A stretch of DNA of 64,000 nt. Source: Candidatus Altiarchaeota archaeon. Lineage in GTDB: Archaea > Altiarchaeota > Altiarchaeia > IMC4 > SCGC-AAA252-I15. This document shows, in pieces, positions 1-9,677 of the stretch. Position numbers and translations under genes: made by a program. The notes under the pieces were generated by a model, which did not search any database, had not been told where the DNA came from, and worked only from the letters and a program-made list of their open reading frames with translations. The stretch covers positions 32,001-96,000 of the forward strand of contig JAZDNF010000010.1 in NCBI GenBank assembly GCA_043800255.1, given 5' to 3'. Numbering within the stretch: the first letter of the stretch is position 1; each line of letters begins with the position of its first letter.

Positions 1-2
1 CC

Positions 3-365
3 GGGTTGATAGAAGGTTCCACTTCTAACGAGTTCAGAATCAAGCCGACAACGTTGATAACAGATTTATGCTATCACCTAAAAGCTGATAAAAAAGTAAC
101 TGTGGAAGGCGATATTGGGGATGATGTGTGTTTTCAGATGGCGGCGGGGAGGGTTCACATAAAAGGCAATGCTGGGGAAAGTTTAGGTCAATGGATGAAC
201 GATGGTCACATAATAGTTGACGGCAACGCCGGCAGATACTGCGGCGTAAGCATCAAAGACGGCAAAATTGAGGTCGGCGGCGAAATCGCCGAAAAATACT
301 ACTGCTCGCGTGAAGGCGGCGAAGTCTGGGAGAAAGGCAAGAGGATATTCCCAAGAGTAAGATGA
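3..365 (+). CDS. Array paralog 1, GXGXG/FwdC-like beta-helix protein (5'-truncated by window edge)
   Basis: Frame is open to the left edge; ...GLIEGSTSNEF, 3 GD/GN coils, GGEVWEKG tail; TGA overlaps next ATG. Confidence 0.85.
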   Translation, partial: GLIEGSTSNEFRIKPTTLITDLCYHLKADKKVTVEGDIGDDVCFQMAAGRVHIKGNAGESLGQWMNDGHIIVDGNAGRYCGVSIKDGKIEVGGEIAEKYYCSREGGEVWEKGKRIFPRVR

Positions 366-1294
366 CAGGCACCAAAATCGTGAAGCTGAAGCTGGAGGGG
401 GGCGGAGCAGCTGACCGGCTGCCTCAGTTGAGAGAGCCTAGCAGGCCTGTGGAAGTCGATGAGTTGGTGAGCCTTTATGATAAGGTGATTGTGCCTGAGA
501 ATGAGACGTGGAATGTGGGAAAATACTATGAAGGTTATCTTGCTGAGACCAATGGGATGGACACAAATCCCAAGCAGCTTCAGGAGGTGCTTGACAGGCT
601 TGAGGAAAACTACGGCCAGGAGAGGGACTACTCTGAGAAGGCAGGGTCCCTGCTGACTGCGCTGATGCAGAATTCGCATCACAAGCTCTTCGAGTTGAAG
701 TCTGAGCTACCCCTGTCTCGTCTCGGTTTCAGGCTTTCTGGGAGAAAGAGCGTCAGCATATCAGGCGATGTCGGGTCTGACGTTGGCAGGGAAATGGAAA
801 ACGGTTTCATAACTGTCAATGGACACAGCGGAGACGAGCTGGGGATGGAGATGAAAGGCGGCAGGATTGTGGTCGAAAAAACCGCCAAAGACCGTGCAGG
901 ATACAAGATGGCAGGGGGCACGATTCACGTCAAAGGGGAAGTTAATGAGGAGGCCGGCAGGCTTATGACGGCAGGCACGATCGTGATCGAAAAAAATGCG
1001 GGAGTACTCACCGGCGATGGCATGGAAGGCGGCAGCATCCATGTTAAAGGGGATGCCACAGAAAAGACAGGTTTCATGATGAAAGGCGGCAGCATACTGG
1101 TGGACGGTAATGCTGGTCCAGACACAGGGTGCATGATGAAAGGCGGCTTCATACACGTCAAAGGCAACGCCTACCAGCAGACTGGGCCGCTGGCTGAGGG
1201 CGGCAAAATCATCATAGACAAGTGGGGCATGAGCGGCGGAGGCATCAAAGAAGGGTGCGAACTCTGGATAAACGGAAAAAAGGAGAACCCATGA
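362..1294 (+). CDS. Array paralog 2, GXGXG/FwdC-like beta-helix protein (310 aa)
   Basis: MTGTKIVKLKLE leader, AGSLLTALMQNS motif, 19-aa Gly coils; ATGA overlap. Confidence 0.9.
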   Translation: MTGTKIVKLKLEGGGAADRLPQLREPSRPVEVDELVSLYDKVIVPENETWNVGKYYEGYLAETNGMDTNPKQLQEVLDRLEENYGQERDYSEKAGSLLTALMQNSHHKLFELKSELPLSRLGFRLSGRKSVSISGDVGSDVGREMENGFITVNGHSGDELGMEMKGGRIVVEKTAKDRAGYKMAGGTIHVKGEVNEEAGRLMTAGTIVIEKNAGVLTGDGMEGGSIHVKGDATEKTGFMMKGGSILVDGNAGPDTGCMMKGGFIHVKGNAYQQTGPLAEGGKIIIDKWGMSGGGIKEGCELWINGKKENP

Positions 1295-2076
1295 CAGGAA
1301 CGAAGATAGTCAAGCTCAGGCTGGAAGATGGTGGTGCTGGCGACAAACTGCCGGAGTTGAGGGGCCGGGTTGACGAGTCTGTTCTAGGCAGGGCGCTTGA
1401 GATTTTCGAAACCACAGAGCATCAGGAAGACAGAGCTTATCATCAGCGTCTCGCTGGTGAGATATCGAATGCGGGTTTGGACATTGATAACATTACGCTG
1501 CAGGCGGTGGTTGATACCCTAGAGAAGAAGCATGCTGACGAGAAATACGATTCGACGGCTAATGAAATACACAAGAATATCGGATCGTATCAGAACAGGG
1601 CGGGCCTGCTGTATACTGCCTTGGTTCAGGCTTCCAGCAGGGACGAGTTCAAGATCAAAATGCGGAAGCCTGTTAATTTCTTGGGGCATGTTCTTGATGG
1701 AAAGAAGATCATAGTAGACGGTGATGTCGGCCACAAGGTCGGGTGGGAGATGAAACACGGAGAGATTATCGTTAACGGGAATGCCGGAATGTGGGCTGGC
1801 ATGAGCAAGCTGAATGGGAATATACATATCAAAAAGAATGCTGGGAAGTACGCAGGCAGTTGGGCGAGGGCTGGCGAAATAACAGTAGACGGTGACACTG
1901 ATGCAGGGACCGGACAGTTCCTATGCGGCGGAAGGGTTACCGTAATGGGAGACGCCAAGGGGAGTGAGACCGGTTCCAACTCCTCGTTCGGCACGATCGA
2001 TGTGAAAGGTGTGATAGAGAACATCAGCCCTAAAGTCGGGGCGACAATATACGAAAAAGGAATCAAGAAAAGATGA
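1291..2076 (+). CDS. Array paralog 3 (261 aa)
   Basis: Start moved from 1222 to the MTGTK ATG that overlaps the upstream TGA; close relative of paralog 58. Confidence 0.9.
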   Translation: MTGTKIVKLRLEDGGAGDKLPELRGRVDESVLGRALEIFETTEHQEDRAYHQRLAGEISNAGLDIDNITLQAVVDTLEKKHADEKYDSTANEIHKNIGSYQNRAGLLYTALVQASSRDEFKIKMRKPVNFLGHVLDGKKIIVDGDVGHKVGWEMKHGEIIVNGNAGMWAGMSKLNGNIHIKKNAGKYAGSWARAGEITVDGDTDAGTGQFLCGGRVTVMGDAKGSETGSNSSFGTIDVKGVIENISPKVGATIYEKGIKKR

Positions 2077-2750
2077 CCGGCACGAAGATTATCAAGTTGA
2101 GGTTGGATGATGGTGGTGTCGCCGACAGGCTTCCCCAGTTGAAGGATAACGCTCTGGATGAAGTCGTGGAGAAAGCTGTCGGCTTGTTCGAGAGGACTGA
2201 GATGCCCAGAGAGTGGGAGGAGGGTTTCTCGCCAGGCTGGTCTGAGGAACCGTGGAATTATAAAAAAATCATCTTGGAGGAGGGCAAGAAATTGGATGTG
2301 ACTCCCAGTCAGCTGCAGCTCATACTCACTTCCCTTGAGAGTAGGTTTCCAGACGAAGAAGGTTTCGGGGAGAGGCTGGGCATATTCCTGACCGCGTTGA
2401 TTGAAGGCTCCACTCATGAGGAGTTCACATTGCGGCCTACGACCCTGCTAAGTGATTTCGGCTACCAGCTAGAAGCGGATAAGAATATTACTGTGGAAGG
2501 CGATGTCGGGGACAATAATTTCTACAGGGTGAAGAAGGCGAAGATTCACGTGAAAGGGAACGCAGGTGATGAGATTGGCCATGACCTGGATGGCGGCCAC
2601 ATCCTAATCGACGGAGACTGCGGGGAGGGCTGCGGCCGCAGGATGAAGAAGGGCAAGATCGAGGTCGGCGGGAAGATAGAGAACACGTACGGCTGCGCTA
2701 GATACGGCGGACAAGTCTGGGAAAAAGGCAAAAAAGTGTACCCACTATGA
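2073..2750 (+). CDS. Array paralog 4 (225 aa)
   Basis: Leader, LGIFLTALIEGS, 3 coils; related to paralog 1 and to module 2 of paralog 22. Confidence 0.9.
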   Translation: MTGTKIIKLRLDDGGVADRLPQLKDNALDEVVEKAVGLFERTEMPREWEEGFSPGWSEEPWNYKKIILEEGKKLDVTPSQLQLILTSLESRFPDEEGFGERLGIFLTALIEGSTHEEFTLRPTTLLSDFGYQLEADKNITVEGDVGDNNFYRVKKAKIHVKGNAGDEIGHDLDGGHILIDGDCGEGCGRRMKKGKIEVGGKIENTYGCARYGGQVWEKGKKVYPL

Positions 2751-3382
2751 CAGGAACCAAGGTTGTTAAACTGAAGCTTGATGGGGAGGGGCATGAGAAA
2801 CTTCCCAAGCTGATGGATGACAAGGTCGTAGTGGAGGCGGCTTTGGGAATCTACGGGGGGACGAAGTACCAGGGAGAATGGGGTGAGATTCCCAAGTACC
2901 ATCAGGAGGTGATGCGAAAGGCTGGGGAGTTGAACGTTAACACAATACAATTGCAGAAGATTATTGATATCCTATACGGAGAATTTGGCGGCGGGAAGGA
3001 GCTTGATAAAAAATTGGGGCTTTTCACGACGGCGCTGATACAGGCCTCATCGCACGACAAGTTCAGCATCAAACCTCCCCTGCCCATGTCCTGGCTCGGA
3101 TTTCAGCTCAAAGGCAACAAGAATATTACCGTAGAAGGGGACGCGTGGAATTGGGTCGGATTTGAGATGGAAGGCGGAACGCTGAGGATAGGCGGGAACG
3201 TGGGCGACGATCTTGGTTGGGGTATGAAGGGCGGCAGGATTGAGGTTGGGAAGGAGGCAGGGCACAATGCTGGCAACCAGATGGAAGGCGGGACGATAGA
3301 CGTGAAAGAGAAAATTCGAAGTGTGAGCTCGCTGGTTAAAGGCGGCGAGATAATCATAGCGGGTGTGAAGGTCAGGCCATGA
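2747..3382 (+). CDS. Array paralog 5 (211 aa)
   Basis: Leader, LGLFTTALIQAS, Gly coils; ATGA overlap. Confidence 0.9.
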   Translation: MTGTKVVKLKLDGEGHEKLPKLMDDKVVVEAALGIYGGTKYQGEWGEIPKYHQEVMRKAGELNVNTIQLQKIIDILYGEFGGGKELDKKLGLFTTALIQASSHDKFSIKPPLPMSWLGFQLKGNKNITVEGDAWNWVGFEMEGGTLRIGGNVGDDLGWGMKGGRIEVGKEAGHNAGNQMEGGTIDVKEKIRSVSSLVKGGEIIIAGVKVRP

Positions 3383-4239
3383 CAGGGACCAAGATAGTTA
3401 AGCTGAGGTTGGAGGATGGGCAGGCGGGGAAACTTCCAAACCTGAAGGATTCTGCTGTGGATCAGGCCCTGAAATTGTATAAGGAGATGCCGTGGGTCGT
3501 CCAGACTCAATACTATAATGATACTCTCGAGCATTCGAGAAGGCTTAACCTGAACCAGAACCAGGTTCAGGCTCTGGTTAATGCCATGGAGGAGGGGCCC
3601 CCCAAGGATTCGAACTATGCCGGCTCGGCAGGCCTCTTCCTGTCAGCCATGGTGCAGGGCTCAACCAATAAATGTTTTGAGCTGGCGACGAAGGTGCCAC
3701 TGTCCTATCTCGGCTACCGCCTGGAGGGTGACAAGACCCTCATAGTTGAAGGCGATGTCGAGGACAGGCTCGGCTATGGGATGAAAAGCGGCAGAATCAT
3801 CGTGAAAGGTAGCGCCCGGGACTGGGTGGGCGGCATGATGACTGGCGGAGACATACTAATAGAAAAGGATGCTAGGGATTTCGTCGGAGGGACTATGGAA
3901 GGGGGCAACATACTCGTGAAAGGAGACTCGCGCCAGGCTCCTGGATTCAACATGGCCGACGGTAAAATCATAATAGACGGTTCATGCGCCGAATTGGCAG
4001 GCCGAGGGATGAGGAACGGGTTCCTGCATGTGAAAGGGAATGCTGGCATATGGGCTGCTAAGTGGCTGATTGGCGGGAAGGTGAGAATAGATGGGAATGT
4101 TGGGGCTGAAGCCGCGTTGAAGATGTCAGGCGGAGTCTTGGAAATAGGGGGCAGTATGGAAGGCCTGTCGCCGGAGAAAACAGGGGGGACAGTATTCTAC
4201 AAGGGCAGGCAAATCTGGCCTGTGGAAACCACAAGATGA
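3379..4239 (+). CDS. Array paralog 6 (286 aa)
   Basis: Leader, AGLFLSAMVQGS, Gly coils; ATGA overlap. Confidence 0.9.
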   Translation: MTGTKIVKLRLEDGQAGKLPNLKDSAVDQALKLYKEMPWVVQTQYYNDTLEHSRRLNLNQNQVQALVNAMEEGPPKDSNYAGSAGLFLSAMVQGSTNKCFELATKVPLSYLGYRLEGDKTLIVEGDVEDRLGYGMKSGRIIVKGSARDWVGGMMTGGDILIEKDARDFVGGTMEGGNILVKGDSRQAPGFNMADGKIIIDGSCAELAGRGMRNGFLHVKGNAGIWAAKWLIGGKVRIDGNVGAEAALKMSGGVLEIGGSMEGLSPEKTGGTVFYKGRQIWPVETTR

Positions 4240-5108
4240 CCGGTACAAAGATCATTAAGTTGAAGCTAGAGGAGGGCGGAACGGCTGATAAGCTGCCTAG
4301 TTTGAAGGTTGACGTCGTTGATAAGGGCATGGTGGATAAGGCTTTGGGCGTTTATAGGGAGACGATGCATATGGGCAATTTCACGGCCCATCCTGAGGAG
4401 AAGCATGATGAGTATCATCAGAGTGTTCTGGAGGCGACTAAGGATTGTAATGTCAACTCCGCCACTCTCGGCATGGTAGCTGATATTCTGCAGTCGAAGG
4501 ATTATGTCGAGGAGATGGAGAGGGCTAAGGGTGCCCAATTTAGGTCAGTCGTTTCCGACAAGATGGGGTTCTTTCTGACTGCGCTGATCCAGAACTCAGA
4601 GCACAGTATGTTCAGAATCAAGGCTACGAAAACTATGGACTATATAGGGTACCAGCTCAAGGGGGACAAGACCATTATAGTGGACGGGAATGTTGGGGTT
4701 GCCACTGGTAGCCAGATGGAAGGCGGGACTATCATAGTGGACGGTTCGGAGCAGTCCCATCTCGGTTCTAACATGAGAGGCGGTTTCATACATCTCAAAG
4801 GAAACGCGAGAGACTATGTCGGCACCAGAATGAGCGGCGGGGAGATAATAATCGACGGAAATGTGGGGACTGTTGTTGGGAGGGAAATGACGGATGGCAA
4901 GATAACAATTGGAGGGAATGTCGAGAGCAACGTTGGCATTGAGATGTCTGGCGGCGAAATCCACATCAAGGGCGACGTAGAACGTGACTGGGTTGGCAGT
5001 GAAATGCGCGGCGGCATCATCAGAGTAGATGGAGAATCCAAGGGCGTAAGTCGTTGGTATAAAAGAGGCGAGATCTGGCACAAAGGAAAGAAGGTGCGGC
5101 CGGAATGA
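4236..5108 (+). CDS. Array paralog 7 (290 aa)
   Basis: Leader, MGFFLTALIQNS, Gly coils; close relative of paralog 70. Confidence 0.9.
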   Translation: MTGTKIIKLKLEEGGTADKLPSLKVDVVDKGMVDKALGVYRETMHMGNFTAHPEEKHDEYHQSVLEATKDCNVNSATLGMVADILQSKDYVEEMERAKGAQFRSVVSDKMGFFLTALIQNSEHSMFRIKATKTMDYIGYQLKGDKTIIVDGNVGVATGSQMEGGTIIVDGSEQSHLGSNMRGGFIHLKGNARDYVGTRMSGGEIIIDGNVGTVVGREMTDGKITIGGNVESNVGIEMSGGEIHIKGDVERDWVGSEMRGGIIRVDGESKGVSRWYKRGEIWHKGKKVRPE

Positions 5109-5899
5109 CAAACACGAAAATAGTCAAACTGAAGCTGGATGAGGAGGGCGGCGAGAAGCTGCCGGCATTGAAGGACCCGACAGTCAGAGAGGTTCTGGGC
5201 GTGTACGACGGTATTCAGAGCTCTCGTGAATCAAAATCTGCCAGATATGACCATATGCTGGGCGCAGTCAAAGGTTTTGATGTGACCGAAACTCAGCTGC
5301 ATGATATTGTCAATGCCCTGGACGGAAGACAAAGGACTTTTGACGATAAGGTCAAGGGCGGGTTGTTCCTGACAGCGTTGGCGCAGAATTCATCAACTAA
5401 TGAGTTCAAGATCAAGGTGGGGACACCCTATGTTGCAGTAGGCTGCAAGCTGGGCATAGGGAAGAAGATAACCGTTGTCGGGGATTTGGGAGAGCAGACA
5501 GGGCGTGAGATGGACGGGGGTACAGTGCATGTGATGGGCAATGCTGGGCAGAAGACCGGAAATCGGATGCGTAGGGGAATGATTATCGTCGAAAAAGACG
5601 CTGACACGCATTTGGGTTACAAGATGTCAGGCGGCAAAATCCATGTTAAAGGAAACGCTTCCGTGTTTGCCGGATGTGAGATGAATGGGGGGGAAATCGA
5701 AATAGACGGGGACTCTGCTGGCGACACGGGCTTCTGCATGCAATCCGGCAGGCTCATCGTTCACAAGAATGTTGGATTGCAGACCGGCGGATGGACGTCC
5801 GGCGGGACGATAGTAGTCGATGGCGAGATTGGAAGCGTACACGAGTACCACAATAAGGGTGAGATAATCCACAAGGGAGTGAGGATTCCGCCAAAATGA
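5105..5899 (+). CDS. Array paralog 8 (264 aa)
   Basis: MTNTKIVKLKL leader, GGLFLTALAQNS, Gly coils. Confidence 0.9.
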   Translation: MTNTKIVKLKLDEEGGEKLPALKDPTVREVLGVYDGIQSSRESKSARYDHMLGAVKGFDVTETQLHDIVNALDGRQRTFDDKVKGGLFLTALAQNSSTNEFKIKVGTPYVAVGCKLGIGKKITVVGDLGEQTGREMDGGTVHVMGNAGQKTGNRMRRGMIIVEKDADTHLGYKMSGGKIHVKGNASVFAGCEMNGGEIEIDGDSAGDTGFCMQSGRLIVHKNVGLQTGGWTSGGTIVVDGEIGSVHEYHNKGEIIHKGVRIPPK

Positions 5900-6753
5900 C
5901 CGGCACAAAGATTGTAAAATTGAGACTGGACGAGGGGGCTGGCGAGAGGCTTCCCTCATTGAAGAGGCATGCTGTCGCCGCAGCGCTTGGCTTGTGGGAG
6001 ACTACAGAGTACAAAGGTTGGGATGATTCTAAAGGATTCTATGAGAAGCTCATGTGGGAGGCGAAAGAGTATCGTGCGACGGCAAAGGACGTCCAGGCGA
6101 TAGCAGACCAGCTGGAGGAGCGTCACTCCAGCGAAGACTGGTACCCGCAGAAGGCGGGCATACTGCTGACTGTGATGATGCAGAATTCCTCCGAGAGCGA
6201 GTTCACTCTCAAGACTGAGACGCATCTGGCCTATGTGGGCTATCGGCTGTTTGGGGGGAAGAAGATAACTGTGGAAGGCGATGTCGCATCCAACGTCGGC
6301 AGGCACATGACCGAAGGGCACATCCACGTGAAAGGGGAGGCCGGTTCAAACGCAGGACATCATATGATGAACAGCACCCTCCGCATTGAAAAGGACGCTG
6401 AAGGCTGGCTAGGCGAGAGCATGGGCGAGAACAGCAGCATCTACGTCGGCGGGAAGGCAGGAGGCAGTGTCGGAGAGGGCATGTGGGGTGGCAAGATAGA
6501 AGTCGTCGGCGACGTGGGCGACAACGCCGGGAAGAGAATGCAGAAGGGAGAACTCATCATAGGAGGGAACGCTGGAAACAATCTCGGGGAGAACATGAGC
6601 GGCGGCCACATCCATGTCAAAGGAAACTGCGGGTGGGGCACTGCCGACTGCATCGGCAGGGGCAGGATAGACATAGACGGGAACGTGAAAAACTTCGGCT
6701 ACATCGGCATAAACAAAGAAGTCTACCACAAAGGCAAGAGGACAAAAGGATGA
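5896..6753 (+). CDS. Array paralog 9 (285 aa)
   Basis: Leader, AGILLTVMMQNS, Gly coils; close relative of paralog 17. Confidence 0.9.
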   Translation: MTGTKIVKLRLDEGAGERLPSLKRHAVAAALGLWETTEYKGWDDSKGFYEKLMWEAKEYRATAKDVQAIADQLEERHSSEDWYPQKAGILLTVMMQNSSESEFTLKTETHLAYVGYRLFGGKKITVEGDVASNVGRHMTEGHIHVKGEAGSNAGHHMMNSTLRIEKDAEGWLGESMGENSSIYVGGKAGGSVGEGMWGGKIEVVGDVGDNAGKRMQKGELIIGGNAGNNLGENMSGGHIHVKGNCGWGTADCIGRGRIDIDGNVKNFGYIGINKEVYHKGKRTKG

Positions 6754-7721
6754 CAGGCACGAAAGTTGTTAAACTAAAATTGGAGGATGGCGGCGCTGAC
6801 CGGCTTCCAAGGTTGAAGTCTGTAGTCGGAGAAGCGGTTAACCTGTTCAGCATGATAGAGTATCCCGTGCCTGGGGGTGGCGAGGAGCATGCGTTTTATG
6901 AAAAAGTAATGAAATCAAGCAGAGGATGGAATTTCACATCAGACCAGCTGCAGCAGGTATATGACGGCCTTGAGGGAACCTACTCTCGTGACGACTTCTC
7001 ATACAAGTCGGGCGTCTTTCTCACGGCGTTGATGCAAAACTCGAGCAGCAGTGACTTCACGCTTAAAGTAAGGAGCAGACTGTATTTTCTGGGAATCAAT
7101 CTCACAGAAGGTAAGAGCCTCACTGTCGAAGGCGATGTCGGAGGATTCACAGGAGATAGTATGTCAGGTGGCATAATCCGCGTAAAAGGAGACGTTGAAC
7201 ACTCAACAGGGAATGGCATGACCGGTGGCAGATTAGAAGTTGAAGGCAAAGCCAGAACGTTTGTGGGCTCTTGGATGCGAGGAGGGAGCATACACGTGAA
7301 CTCTGATGCGCAAGATGGGGTAGGCGTGCATATGGAAGAAGGCGAAATAACGATAAATAGAAGCGCTGGAAAAAACGTCGGATCCAATATGAAAGGGGGA
7401 AAAATAACAATCGGCGAGGATGTTGGAGAATCTGCCGGCTGGAATATGCAAGCCGGCAGTATACTAGTGAAGAGAGATGCCGATGATAGTGCTGGAGACA
7501 GCATGCGCGGCGGACACCTTGAGATAGGGCGCAACGCAGGTAACTCGACAGGACATGAGTTAAGAGGCGGCACAGTACACGTCAAAGGAAATGCTGGAAA
7601 CTGGACAGGCGAAAAAATGGAAGCAGGCATCCTAAAAATCGAAGGAAATATACGGGGGATGTCTAAAGACATCAGAGGCGGCGAAATCTGGGAAGGCGAT
7701 AGGCGGGTGTGGCCGAAATGA
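6750..7721 (+). CDS. Array paralog 10 (323 aa)
   Basis: Start moved from 6483 to MTGTK ATG at 6750 (ATGA overlap); SGVFLTALMQNS; long coil run. Confidence 0.9.
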   Translation: MTGTKVVKLKLEDGGADRLPRLKSVVGEAVNLFSMIEYPVPGGGEEHAFYEKVMKSSRGWNFTSDQLQQVYDGLEGTYSRDDFSYKSGVFLTALMQNSSSSDFTLKVRSRLYFLGINLTEGKSLTVEGDVGGFTGDSMSGGIIRVKGDVEHSTGNGMTGGRLEVEGKARTFVGSWMRGGSIHVNSDAQDGVGVHMEEGEITINRSAGKNVGSNMKGGKITIGEDVGESAGWNMQAGSILVKRDADDSAGDSMRGGHLEIGRNAGNSTGHELRGGTVHVKGNAGNWTGEKMEAGILKIEGNIRGMSKDIRGGEIWEGDRRVWPK

Positions 7722-8473
7722 CCGGGACGAAGATAGTGAAATTGAGGCTGGATGGTGGGGGGCAGGCTGAGAGGCTGCCGGTGTTGAAGAACAATCTTAT
7801 CACAACGGAGGAAGCGCTCAGACTCTACAAGGATGTGAGATTCCAGCATGAATTCGCAGATGACCGGACAAAATACTATGAGAGGATAATGGAAGAGCTC
7901 AAGGGGACTGATGTGATGCCAGAGCAGCTTCAGGAGATATACGATGCGATGAGCGGGGATTTCCGCAGCGACACGCGGAACATACCCAAAACAGGCCTCA
8001 TGGTGTCCGCGTTAGTGCAGAATTCCAGTCGAAATGATTTCAGCCTGAAAATCGGAGACTTCATACCCTTCCTCGGTTTCAAGCTTGGGAAAGGCAAAAA
8101 ACTTACGGTGGACGGCGACGTTGGAGACTTCACCGGCGAGCTCATGGACGGCGGAACGGTCCACGTCCTCGGGGAGGCGGGATGGCGTACCGGCGCCTGG
8201 ATGAAAGACGGAAAAATAATAGTCGGCTTGTCCACCAACTCCTATACCGGCTGGAAGATGGAGGGTGGAGAAATCATAGTGGAAGATGATGTTACAAGCT
8301 ACCTTGGAAGCGAGATGAAAGCCGGGAGGGTCCATGTGAAAGGCTCTGCCGGCTCAGAAGTTGGTGACAAGATGGAGGGCGGAACCGTCGAAGTTGACGG
8401 AGGGGCGCAGAATGTGAGCGCAAACTACAAGAGTGGGACCATCATACTACAAGGACTGCAGGTGAAACCATGA
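7718..8473 (+). CDS. Array paralog 11 (251 aa)
   Basis: MTGTK ATG at 7718 (ATGA overlap); TGLMVSALVQNS; Gly coils. Confidence 0.9.
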   Translation: MTGTKIVKLRLDGGGQAERLPVLKNNLITTEEALRLYKDVRFQHEFADDRTKYYERIMEELKGTDVMPEQLQEIYDAMSGDFRSDTRNIPKTGLMVSALVQNSSRNDFSLKIGDFIPFLGFKLGKGKKLTVDGDVGDFTGELMDGGTVHVLGEAGWRTGAWMKDGKIIVGLSTNSYTGWKMEGGEIIVEDDVTSYLGSEMKAGRVHVKGSAGSEVGDKMEGGTVEVDGGAQNVSANYKSGTIILQGLQVKP

Positions 8474-8931
8474 CTGGGACGAAGGTTGTTAAGCTGAAAT
8501 TGGAGGCTGATGGTGTGCCCGACAAGCTGCCGACTTTGAGGCCGGATATGAGAGAGTCTTCTAAGGTTGATGCTATTACCGAGCTGTTTGATGGTATGAG
8601 GTTTGAGAGTTATAAGGGCAACCTGCAAAGGAGGTCTGAGGACTACTATCAGGGATGCTGGCACAGACTCGGGGACGCGGGTTTTAATACAGGAGTCAGC
8701 AATCAGGAATTTGGGGAAATACTGCGTGTGCTGGAATCTGACTACTCAAAGCGAAAAGATTTCAGAACCGAAGCCAGCTTGTTCCTATCCGCTCTTCTCC
8801 AGAGGTCAGCCTTCAAAGACTCGGAAATCGGGCAGAAGAGACTGGGTGACATAATCGACACTGTCATAGACTCACCTGAGCGTATGCCTCTGCAGGAGAT
8901 TCTGAATAAAACGTGGGCTGGTATCCAATAA
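8470..8931 (+). CDS. Array paralog 12, short form lacking the beta-helix (153 aa); possibly degenerate
   Basis: Leader and ASLFLSALLQRS motif present, followed by an unrelated tail with no Gly coils. Confidence 0.7.
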   Translation: MTGTKVVKLKLEADGVPDKLPTLRPDMRESSKVDAITELFDGMRFESYKGNLQRRSEDYYQGCWHRLGDAGFNTGVSNQEFGEILRVLESDYSKRKDFRTEASLFLSALLQRSAFKDSEIGQKRLGDIIDTVIDSPERMPLQEILNKTWAGIQ

Positions 8932-8962
8932 CCGGTTTAGACCCTCCGGTTCGCACATTTTT
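8930..8962 (+). terminator. Possible terminator (short hairpin + T tract)
   Basis: AACCGG-N10-CCGGTT inverted repeat at the stop of paralog 12, then TTTTT; stem is only 6 bp. Confidence 0.3.
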
Positions 8963-8994
8963 CTGTCTGTACTGTTCTTTATATAATCAAGAAA
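8956..8994 (+). promoter_or_regulatory. Repeated intergenic promoter-like element, copy A
   Basis: CATTTTTCTGTCTG-N10-TATATA-N9-ATG; aligns without gaps to copies B and C. Confidence 0.6.
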
Positions 8995-9672
8995 ATGACC
9001 GGTACTAGAGTCGTCAAACTCAGGCTGGATGATGGGGGGACAGCGGAGAAGCTTCCGAAACTGAAGGAGGATCCTGTTGAGACTGCGTTGGGATTGTATG
9101 AGATGTTGCGGGATAAGCCTGTGCCTGAGGGCTGTTTTCAGGAGGCTATGGCGTTGACCAAGCATCTGAATGTCAGCTCCGACGAGCTTCAGAGCATCTA
9201 CGACAGGATTGAGGGAAACTATCTTGAAGACAAATCCAGCATCGACGAGGCTGGCGTGTTCCTCTCCGCGTTAATCAACAATTCAGGACATCACACGTTT
9301 GTGCTGAAGCCTAAAGTGCTGCTGCACTACTTCTGCTATAAAATCCAGAAGGGTAAGGATATCACCGTTCTTGGGAATGTTGGTTTGGGCGTCGGCTGGG
9401 AGATGGATGGCGGGAAAATCAAGGTTGAAGGCAACGCAGGAGGCGATGCAGGATATACCATGTATGCCGGAGACCTGCACATCACAGGAGACGTTGAATC
9501 GAGCTGCGGAGCCCATATGAAAGACGGTAACATCTACGTCGGCGGAAATGCGAGAAACAATGCCGGCCATTTCATGGAAGGCGGCAGAATCCACATCCAC
9601 GGCGATTCCGGACCTGAGACAGGCTTCGCCAAGAAAGGCGGCGAACTGATAGTAGACGGCAGAAGAGGATAA
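8995..9672 (+). CDS. Array paralog 13 (225 aa)
   Basis: MTGTRVVKLRL leader, AGVFLSALINNS, Gly coils; follows element A. Confidence 0.9.
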   Translation: MTGTRVVKLRLDDGGTAEKLPKLKEDPVETALGLYEMLRDKPVPEGCFQEAMALTKHLNVSSDELQSIYDRIEGNYLEDKSSIDEAGVFLSALINNSGHHTFVLKPKVLLHYFCYKIQKGKDITVLGNVGLGVGWEMDGGKIKVEGNAGGDAGYTMYAGDLHITGDVESSCGAHMKDGNIYVGGNARNNAGHFMEGGRIHIHGDSGPETGFAKKGGELIVDGRRG

Positions 9673-9677
9673 AAAAG

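Noticed and set aside
362-430. Leader as a Sec, Tat, lipoprotein or class III (pilin) signal peptide
   Set aside because: No hydrophobic core, no RR motif, no lipobox Cys, and no hydrophobic stretch after the Gly.
6483-6749. Arg-rich N-terminal extensions in the ORF track (also 1222, 11044, 31958, 33774, 43796, 52223, 57597 and similar)
   Set aside because: They are out-of-frame read-through of the upstream gene or of intergenic DNA. The family leader and the ATGA/GTGA overlaps define the real starts.
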